Source: Ruditapes philippinarum (taxonomy: Eukaryota). From it: DNA of 64,000 bases. A program made the position numbers and the translations under genes. Where the stretch lies: contig NW_026862330.1 in NCBI RefSeq assembly GCF_026571515.1, positions 248,001 through 312,000 on the forward strand, given 5' to 3'. The notes beneath the pieces are model-generated. The model worked only from the letters and a program-made list of their open reading frames with translations, did not search any database and was not told the origin of the DNA. Numbering within the stretch: the stretch's first letter is position 1; each line of letters starts with the position of its first letter. Below are positions 50,485-60,585 of this stretch, in pieces.

Positions 50485-52779
50485 TTATTTTCTGAAATTT
50501 TTGCAGGCGCAGTACCCTGGTATCTCAAAAAATCCAAACAGAAGGGAGTTGCTTGAATTCATTGCTAATAAACTAAGAATTTTATTTTCGATCACGCATT
50601 CGCCCGGGCAACTTCCAGTACGTCTGAAATTGAAAAACAAATGTTTAAAAATGGATTATGGTAAACCAAATAAAAGTAAACTTGATAAAGACATTATTAA
50701 TTAATGCGATTATGTTACTTCATTTGATGGCATGACCTTTTGCAAGGAATTTAAGTAAAGTAAACCAAACGAGTGTAAAGTTGATATAGACATCATTGAC
50801 TTATACGATTATTTTACTTTTTTGGATGACATGACATTTTGCAAACGATTAAGATAAAAGCTGTCATGGAAACACAGGTGTCGAATAAGGCAGTCCATTT
50901 ATAAAATAAAAAAAATATAAAATAGATAAATACAGAATACAGAATCGCACTTATTTTTTGAAGATAGGAAAAAGTGAATAAAAAAGAATTTGTATTATTC
51001 TTACACGCAGGAAGCATGAGGTATATATTGGTAGTTGGGGTCGGCTTGACTAGTAAGATGAATAATACTCATACTTTCTCCGTTTACGTTCGTTAAGGTT
51101 GTGTTGATTTTATGCTGTATGTGCCTGTAGAAAATGAAGACATACATTTTCAAAAAACGTTTGAAAATGAGAATTTTTTCTCTCTCAAAAGTCAAAAGTC
51201 TATTCACATTATCAATTTCAAACGTTTTTCATTTTTTTTTTTGTTTAGGATAATTAAAGCTAACGTAACGTTCTGAATTGTAATGAATGGTATCATCAAC
51301 TTATATTACATAGGGATACGAAATCTCTAAAAATAGAAAACTTTTTCTTTTCTGGCCCGAAATCTATTGCGCGAGATTCATTGACCATTTGAGTTGATCA
51401 ATTTCCGCCATCTTGTTTATTGTAAGCAAATGTGTTTACATTTTCATCCATTACTGAGAATATTTAAATTTTCATAATCTTTATTGCTTTTATTTTACAT
51501 TTTTCGCAACATTTTTGTTACTTCTTTTGATTGACATAACAAATTTTAGATAATATGGAGGCGTAAATGTTCCCGTGTCAAACATGGTCTCAGAAAATAT
51601 TGCAATAATGTTGAAAATGAATCCCTGATACAAATTGTAAGTTTATGGCGCTATTGCTTATCTCCATTTAAGTACATCTCTGTGATTATATTGAATAGTA
51701 ATAATGTACATGAACTAATCCATTATTGTTTCAGTCTTTCTTTCAGATGAATTGTTATTTTGAAGATGTAATCACATTAGATATTGTGATATTTTCAACC
51801 ACAATTTACACGTATATATGTTTGTACTTAATTGAATTAAAATTGAACTTTCTTGTATTATTTACAATGTATTACTTTAATTACTTATTTTTATTGAAAC
51901 ATTTTTAACAGTTTTGATTATTTTGCAACATATGTATTTACTCACGTTGAACAACAAATAGAGCCGTCGTCAGCATAAGGCTGTAATTCAGGATTTTCAA
52001 GTCCATCTGCATATTCAGGATTATTTAAAGCTTTATTGCTAACTCTGTCTAGCGTTGATAGATCTTTCCCGGAATGAAATAATCCCCTATACACTTCCTT
52101 TAAGTATGTGTAGCTACAAATAACAAATTCTTATCATTATTATTTTTGAGAAATGATAGTTATATATTATAAGCAATAACTACTTGTTGATTTACTATGA
52201 TTGTAAAGTCAGTTACGAGTAAATCTGAAAATCAAATGTAAGATAATTTTTTTTATATAAAATTGCTGAACAATTTATTCACTTAAATAGATACATAATA
52301 TTGCCGACGACACAAACTTGCAAAATTCATATATGATAAATAAAAAAGCATTGCAATATTTCATTTCAATTATTTTTTGTTTATTTAACCGTCATAGCTA
52401 TCTTGAATTTGAAGCTTCAAACATTTGAAATTGTGAAAATATGTTTATTTCCTTCAGTATCATTAAAGCATATTTTTGATAAAATTAAAACACATGACAC
52501 TGAAAAAATCTTTTCTTTAATGATATAACTTTTATTTCATAACCTTCGCTTACTCTCTTTTTTATCACACTAATTGTAAGACAATACTAATCAGAAAAAA
52601 ATACACACAATTACTTTCAATGAATAAAATTCTTACCTGTTTATTCCACAATATCCATTATGACAGACAGTGGCTGGATCTTGCTTATAAGTATCATCAG
52701 TTGTTGGCAAAGTGTAGCTTGATATAAGCTTAACAAAACTAAGCGCATATAGAATTAAAAGACATGTTTTAAAATTCAT
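50485..52779 (-). CDS. Spaetzle-like secreted cystine-knot protein, paralog F (189 aa, 4 exons)
   Basis: Exons 52779-52637, 52113-51946, 51124-51005 and 50623-50485 (143+168+120+139=570 nt), GT-AG, phase 2. Signal MNFKTCLLILYALSFVKLISS; CHNGYCGIN; knot DDGSICCSTHIQHKINTTLTNVNGESMSIIHLTSQADPNYQYIPHASCVRTGSCPGECVIENKILSLLAMNSSNSLLFGFFEIPGYCACKNFRK*. Confidence 0.87.
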
Positions 52780-52897
52780 TTCATAGACAGAATCTTGCGC
52801 AAGTTGTTGAGAACACAATTTCGTTCAGTAGAATCAAATTTTCAACGTGTCATTTACCACAACTTCTAGCTGATTGAAGGTAATAAATACACCTCCC

Positions 52898-52907
52898 TAT
52901 ATTTATA
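52898..52907 (-). promoter_or_regulatory. Candidate TATA box of paralog F
   Basis: cc-TATAAATATA-gggagg on the minus strand, ~120 nt upstream of the ATG, with G/C flanks. The AT-rich background lowers specificity. Confidence 0.35.
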
Positions 52908-53895
52908 GGCCTTGACTGACCTGCAAAAATCGCTATTTAAACATATATCAAATATTGTAAGTAAATTTGCTTCATATTTTATTCTGTTAACATAAACCAA
53001 TGTCCAAGAGAAAATCATTATTTTTGTTATTCAGGTGACGAAAGAAACCTAATAACAAATTAGCAAACACATTCTAACCATATAATAATGCTTGGGAAAA
53101 AGTTGTTTTTTTTGTTATTTAAAATTAATATCAGTATAAAGAGTTCTTTAATATTTTTTCTTCCTTGATATTTTGCCTCTTTACCCTTCTTTTATTTCAT
53201 TCCGTTTTACCCTTTTTAGATAATTTATCTTTTATCCTACTTTTATGTTTAACCTTTTACCCTTTATTATATTTTACCTTTTTATCCTTTTTATGTTTTA
53301 CTTTATACCTTTTAAAAATAGTTTAACATTTTTGAATATATATTTTTACACTGATATATCTACTTTCAAAGTAAGTAATGTTTATGTCTTAAATTTGACT
53401 CTTGATTACTTTGAAAGAATTGTATATAATACTGTACAAACGATATCTTGTTATTGTTTTTTTCCTCTTATTCAAAGACACATGTGTCCATATTTACTTC
53501 TTTAAATGCTTAAATAGTTTGTTTGAAAGTTATATCTAAGTTGTAAACAGATAATTAAATGAAGTAATAAAACAAGAAACTAAATAAATAAATAAACGGA
53601 AACAAACTGACAGTCAATAAACAATAAAGAAGCAAAAAAATAAAAAAACACCAAAAAAACCCCAAAAAAAAAAAAAAAAAAAACAAAACAACAACAACAA
53701 CAGAAAAACAATATGCATTTTAGCAGCATTAATTGATAACATAGATAAAAAGACTCAATATGTAAATATGACCTTAATGCTTGATTAAGAATTATTCAAT
53801 GTCATACATTCAGAAAACTGATAATCTAGTTGCGAACTGTATAAAAGTGTGGCACTGTAACGGTCTATTATTCTTTTAGATTAATAATATCTGTC

Positions 53896-53993
53896 ATATG
53901 TTGCGGTTCGGATCGGAATATCCGTCCCGAGGTGACCCACCCATTGGGTGGGTTACCGAGGGACAGATATTCCGATCCGAACCGCCAACATAT
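53896..53993. repeat. Near-perfect ~98-bp palindrome/hairpin within a non-autonomous DNA element (~53890-54260)
   Basis: atatgttgcggttcggatcggaatatc.gtccc..ggt.acccaccca-t-tgggtgggt.acc..gggac.gatattccgatccgaaccg.caacatat. It is followed by tttcttgcata (~54004) ... tatgcaagaaa (~54248) inverted repeats. Confidence 0.85.
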
Positions 53994-55693
53994 GTCCGAT
54001 ATTTTTTCTTGCATATTTTACGCTATTACATTATATTTAAAATTATTTATCTTAATTTTCAATAGGAATTTATGTCATTACAACCTTTACTATTTTCGTA
54101 CAACAGCGTATGAAATTACATCTTCATTTATAACGGTAAAATTACGTCATCCTAAGCGTGCCATCGTACAGCCTGCGACTCATCTGGCACACCCTATGCC
54201 ATATGAAATTTCCGGCATGGATATAACTAACGGAAACGCCAGTCTTGTATGCAAGAAATACTTTGCCAGTCATATTGAGTCTTTTCAATAATATACATGT
54301 ACTCTCAATACAATCAAACACATAATTATCATAATTGAGCAGAAAGCCTATTCTATTGAATCATATAATAAATATATACGGTAATTAAACAATAAATATT
54401 TTTGTTAACCTTGACACATCAAGATAAGGAAGAATATTTAAATTACCTCCAAATATAAACACCTGTTTAAACGTATCCTAGATTTGGGGCTTGCACGTTG
54501 ACAAAGTTATAAATTTATGAAAACATACGTGGGGTTAAACACGATTCAAAATACAATGTATTTTTTTTGCCACACTTCTTTACATGTTAATGTCGTCTTA
54601 TTGATGCAGGTCAATTTAAAACTTACAAAAATTCAAAGGACATTTCATGATGCTGTAAATACAATTTAACACTTTAAATAATACGCATACAATTTTTATA
54701 CATCTTAGATATATATTTTTTTGGTTATATTCTACAGTTTACAGGAGACAACTAAAAATAACATGTCACAATACTCGTCGTTTGAATTGTCTTTCTTAGA
54801 TTATACAATATTTAAGAATTATGAAGTGGACTTTGGTTGACTTTGGGTAACTTCGGCTTTCTTCTGGTAATTTTGCTGTTTTCATCTTCTTTGAAATCTA
54901 CATAATATCTTTTTTATCCTGTCACTTGTATCAATTTCGGTCCGAAAACAAGGTGCCGTATATTTTAAATGATCTACGGCACTTGATCACGTGGTATGCA
55001 TGAATGGGCACCTATTTGCCGGACTACTTTTCAAGAAAAAATATAGTTATTATTATAATGTCCGACTTTATGTTTGGTGGTAAAATTTGTTTTCGCCTCA
55101 GAGTTTCCAATAGAAACGTTCTTTACAGTTCCAGTGGTATGAAAAAAACTGTCGTTAAAACTTCTGTGTGTAGAATAACGAATTTTGGAAACGTTGATTA
55201 AACTTTGTTTGTTTATTTTATTTCACTCTATAATTTTTCAAGCGAAATAAAAATTATTAAAAGTGATATTAATGTAAATCTTAATGTCGTTTGCGACATT
55301 AAAATAGCGTACTTGATTTGACTGTTTTGCACGTGCTGTTTGGCGCTACATTGTTACGCCACGTAAACAAGACTTTAAACGTCTGTACAGCGTTAACGAC
55401 TAAATAAAAGATATTGGTGTTCGAATTCATTTTCTTAGTTAGACCATTTTCTTTCATTCTAGATAGTTTTCACAACAAAATTCGACAAAAAATTGTATTT
55501 ATTTATCACATTTTTCAAACAAAATGGCGCCCTCAATGTGAAAAAACACAAGGAGATAATTAGAACGGCGAGTGCATTGTTGTAGAATAATGCACGCTTC
55601 GGGCCTTCTTTGTTTATATAGAAACATTTCCGATAGTGTGATTAAAGGTGGTTTGCCTAATAAAATTCTTAAAAAACGGTGACAGGATAAATA

Positions 55694-55812
55694 GAATAAT
55701 AGATTGGTGCCGTGGATGGAGAAAGTTTATCTGGCTCTGCTCCGGAATTAATTGGGTGAGCCGAAGTCTCGCCAGATAAACTTTCTCCATCCACGGCACC
55801 AACCTATTATTC
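55694..55812. repeat. Long hairpin with 32-bp perfect arms (extendable to ~42 bp)
   Basis: ttggtgccgtggatggagaaagtttatctggc (55704-55735) / gccagataaactttctccatccacggcaccaa (55771-55802). Confidence 0.88.
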
Positions 55813-56782
55813 TCCATATATCTGTTTTGTGATTTTGTCAGGTGAAGTGAAATGGTGTTGTCCAATCCACTCAACTCAACTTAACTCATATTTGATCAAA
55901 GACTAATCTTTGATAACAATTACATTAATCTAAATTTCAAACACTTAAAACATTTTACATACAATTAAACCATTAATTCATTTAAATTATGGAAGACTTT
56001 TATAAAATCTGTAAATGAGGATCGGCTAAATATTAACATATTTATTCATATTCGGTCAAAAACAAAATTAATCTGGTGCGTACATACGCATCAAAAATTA
56101 TGAAAGCAAGCGCCGAACAAGACCATCCCACGCCAGAGCCTGACAAGCGTCGATCCGCAAAGTAAAAAAGGAGTGCGGTGACAAGCGCATTAAAACAGTG
56201 AAAGATCGGCGCCAAATGAGATGACAAGAAGCACAGAACACCATAAACCACTCAAGACCTAACACATTCCATGTACTCTATTTGTAGTAGATCTACACTA
56301 CTTACAGATGTCATTTAATCATGAATAAAGTAATGACCTTCATAAACTAATTGATATGGAAATATCTGCCAGTGACGTCGATATTTTGTGAAAATACATA
56401 TATGGTGACTCTCATGCATGCACATTAGAGTCCGTGCTTATCCTTATAAGAACTTTCATGTTTAATATACAAGATAATCATTTGCTTTATCATAAGTAAA
56501 TTATCTAAAGTAAAAAACATGACGGTTCTAAAAAAATGATGAACATATCTTTTGGTGTAAGAAACTTCAGCATAAAACATTCGTGTAAAGAAACGATTTC
56601 AATATAAAATGGCAAAGTGAAAGGAAATTTACACGCAGTCGTACATTTTGTGCTTTGTGATATTTTTGATTCACACATCTCTCAATTAAGTTGAATATAC
56701 ACATAAAATGTTTCTGTACGAATCTTTTTTTATGTTTTGAATTACAAAAATGAAATAGAAATGTACAGAAAGCTAAACATGT

Positions 56783-59502
56783 TCACAGCTTAATGTCATA
56801 GACATGTATTTTGTCACTTTTTCCACTAGAAGGATCAAAAGTTATCATCATTTTGTCTTCCGGGACAGTAAGAGCAATATCTTGAGGTCCCATGACGTCG
56901 TCAATCCTGTTTAACACTTCAGATATCAAGTTTCCATCCTTGTCAAGGATTTGGACATTGTCAGATCCAAAACCACAAACAATGACACGCCCATCTTTTG
57001 TGACATAAATGCCACGTGGTGAATTCATACTATTATCCTAGAAATGAAAAAGGAATGCATTTTGTTAATCTTATCGAGTATTAACCATGATAAAAATGAT
57101 GACTTTTTTCACAAATACATGATAATTAAGTAGGACAATCCGAGTATCAGCTATGTCATAAAATTTGTTTTTGTAAAAGTTACTTTCGTAAGCTGTAAAC
57201 AGGTGAAATACGTAACCCCGAAACAAGGGAACCATGAACTCTAAATGGGGGAACCATGAACCAGAGTGCTTGTAATAACCGATCGTTCTCCTTTAATTCG
57301 TTCATCATTTAATATTTTAATACGCTGACAAGTCAATGATAATAACAAGCGGCGATATACAATGAAGTAAATTTTTACAATTTACCTTATAGACAAATTG
57401 TTTCATAGTCATTCCGGATATACATGTCACGTGGCTTCTGTGGCAGTCAGTAACGTACATTAACCCTCCAGTAGAGTTCAGTTTCACATACCAAGGTCTG
57501 AACAACATCGGAATGAAAGTGTCGTCTGGGCGAATTTCTTGCTTTTCCTTCCCATTTATATCAATTATCTACGAATAAATACACATACTAAATTTATATC
57601 TTTAAACTAAATTTCAGTATTTCTTATCTTTATATTCATACTTAATAACAACAACAACAAATGAGACGTGTACACAATAAATCATTCATTTAAATTACCT
57701 TCTTAAGAATTTAGGATAAAATCTGTTAACAGACAAACCTTTATAGATGGTGGTGAGGCACATGAGCATGCAACAGCAAATCTATCTCCAGCAAAAGATA
57801 TTCCATATCCTCGGTCAGATATCATAATGCTTTTGCTGAGGATAAGCGAAGCACCAATTTTGAAAATATCTATTCTATTCTCCCGTGGAATTGTCACAGC
57901 GAGTTCAGAGTCTGATATAATCGTGATTCCAAAGGGCTGACTTTCGAGAACCGTCTCTGATACTAATTTCAGATCTTTGCTAAGTATCTTCAGCTTATTG
58001 TTGTTTCTGTCAACCAAAATTGTTTGACCGTTTGGTGTACATACGATTCCCGTGAACCAGCATGTTTCTTTATCCGACGGAGAACTTGCAGAGAAAACGT
58101 CTTTTAAGTTTGCGTACATTGTTGATGAATGTACTGACTTCATACTTTTGATACTCTTTGTGTCTGATTTTAAAGTACGCCTTGATCCCATTATGTCCAA
58201 CTCATCTTCTGGATCCGAGTCCGATCTTGCTGTCATTAGAGTCTTTGATGTGGGTAACCGGGCTGAGGAGGACATTACCCTTAGTTCTCCTAATCGACTT
58301 ATTCCCTTCATCAGATTTTCCAAGTTGCTGTCTACAGCAAAATTTATTTTTGTATTCTTGATGCGACTATTAAGAGATCCTAGTTTTTCCTTGTAATATT
58401 GACTTTGTGTAGTATTATCTGGAAGGTTTTGTAAGACATGACTGTCCGTACCGTACTTTTCTGTACTTTCTACTAGACCATGAAGATTTCCCGATGATTT
58501 TCTTATACGCTGTGCTTCTTTGGTTTCACCACGGATTGTTTCCTTTTCTTTGTTGTGCATGGTGTGAAGCTCTTGGATAATTTGCGTCTCACATTTAGTT
58601 AAATTCTCGTTTATCTTTTTCCTGACATCTTTTATCTTTGTTAAAACATCATTCTGATCATCATCTACAGATTTATCAGCCTTCGTTCGGTTTTCATATA
58701 TAGACGTAGCTAGATTTGTTTCTTCATGAAGTGTACTGTTTGTTATATCTATCTGTGGTTTGTTCCTTGAAACAGCTTCCTTCAGCGTTAATACACCTTT
58801 GCATGTTTTATGACTTCCAGCCACGCATTTTTCACATAGGACTTCCTTATGGTTGTCGCAGTATTTAGTGACATTTTCTCCTTCGTGAACTGTGCAAAGC
58901 GGAGAAGATATGATATCAGCTATATCTTCTTTACGCAGTTTGGCCAGTTGAACTAGACTGTGTTGCTTCGTTGATTTCAGAGCATTATGAAAACCTACAC
59001 AGTTGTCACATAGTGCATCATGGCACATTTTGCACCACTCCGCTGCAACTGTTTTACGATTTTGTCGTCTGCAAGTATCACATGATTTATCAGGATCTTT
59101 GAGTCTTAGAGCTTCTAGATAACTTCGGAGGAATTCGTTCGTTTGAAGTTTATCTACTGCTTCCTCTGGGCTTTTAGTGTCGCTTGTAGTTTTAGTTAAT
59201 TGTAGGCATATTGGACAAAAGATACCGGAGTTGTCAGACTGTTTTGTTTCCGTATAATACGTAACCAGACAGTTTCTGCAATAGGAGTGCATACATGACA
59301 AAGATTTTGGATTGTCTAGAGTATGTTTACATAATTCACATCTTGCAAACTCCTCAGCTTGCGAAGTTACCTTTGTTGGGCTGTTAGCTTTCTTTAGTGC
59401 CTTAGCTTTAGCAGCAATAGATGCTGTGCTTGAATTAATATCACTCCGAGTACTCTTAGGTTTAACCGGACTCTTCGTCGGACTTCTTGATGTTGATGCC
59501 AT
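56783..59502 (-). CDS. Tripartite-motif (TRIM) E3 ubiquitin ligase-like protein: RING, B-box1, B-box2, coiled coil, NHL-like beta-propeller (733 aa, 3 coding exons)
   Basis: Exons 59502-57739, 57568-57386 and 57037-56783 (1764+183+255 nt), phase 0, GT-AG. RING CELC..CMHSYCRNC..CPIC; B-box1 CDTC..CKMCHDALCDNC..H..H; B-box2 CTVH..CDNH..CEKC..H..C; helical region; NHL-like repeats (FTGIVCTPNGQTILVDRNNNKLKI, PRGIYVTKDGRVIVCG, PQDIAL). An acceptor AG just upstream of the ATG (exon starts at 59509) implies a 5' UTR exon further upstream. Confidence 0.92.
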
Positions 59503-60439
59503 TTTAAATCTGAAATTTTAATAATAATATGGCGATGACTATATAAAAATGCTTAATTTTCCATTAGTAGTCAATGCATGACAAATTGGCACTTAAAGTT
59601 ACGGCTATTTTTCCTAAAAGGAGCTTCAATTAAATGAATTAACTGCTTTTCTGCGATTTTTAAAATAAATCATGAAAATAAAGAATAAAACGTGAAATAC
59701 ATCTAGCTTAATATGTGCAAATTGGCGTGTACAGACTTTTGAGGGACTCAAAAACTACACAATTACTGCACGGTACTCACAATATAATTATACCATTTAA
59801 ATTGCATGTATTATATTTTGATAACATAAAACAAATCATACCTTTCATGTACGTTTATTCTTCCATTTATATTATTTCACTACGATTTCATTCCAGTTTT
59901 TAAACTAAATTTACTTCACCAACTACTCCTATTCAAAATAATACATAAAGCATCATTCACCACCTTGTAATAAAGTTCGTTATGAATGGTTGTCAAAATT
60001 TAAACTCTAATGCTGTGGATTCAATTATAAATCTATTGATCGTTTTGGGTTTTCTTTTAATTTTGTATCTGAAGTTTAATGAAAATATAAAACATCATTG
60101 AATAAGAATATATCGATTTGTCCGTTTCTTTAGAAAAAGAGAAGAAAAACATTTACATCGTTAATCTAAGGGTATTTCATTACCTTTTGAAATAAATTTA
60201 TGCGTATTTGAAAGATGAATAGAAGAATTTAATATCAACACTGATATGATAAAAAATTAAATAAATTTGAATGAAAGAATGATATTGATAGATCTAATAT
60301 ATCTAAAGAAAATAAAACCTTGTCAACTTTTATTTGCTCTTAAACTTTTCTTCAACAGAAATACCCTTTTTCTCCGACAAAAACTGAAATTGAATATGAC
60401 AGAGAACTATACGTATATAATATACATGTAGATGTGATT

Positions 60440-60585
60440 AAAATATAAAAACATAAGTTATTTAAAATATTTAAATATAAAATATAAGTTATTTAAAATA
60501 TTGAAATATAAAATATAAGTTATTTAACATATTTAAAGATAAAAAAATTAGTTATTTAAAATATTAAAATAAAAAAACTATTTAA
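60440..60585. repeat. AT-rich ~31-bp minisatellite (aaaatataagttatttaaaatatttaaatat), about 4.5 copies
   Basis: agttatttaa recurs at ~60456, 60487, 60518 and 60550. Confidence 0.85.

Noticed and set aside
3161-52779. Calling the six genes IL-17, classical neurotrophins, conotoxin-like peptides, or giving them a spz symbol
   Set aside because: They lack the IL-17 RS-x-xPW motif and the conserved furin site and motifs of neurotrophins. The spacing fits Spaetzle best, but orthology to a named spz gene cannot be assigned without a phylogeny.
58052-59521. Plus-strand ORFs overlapping the TRIM gene
   Set aside because: Antisense shadows of the long coding exon.
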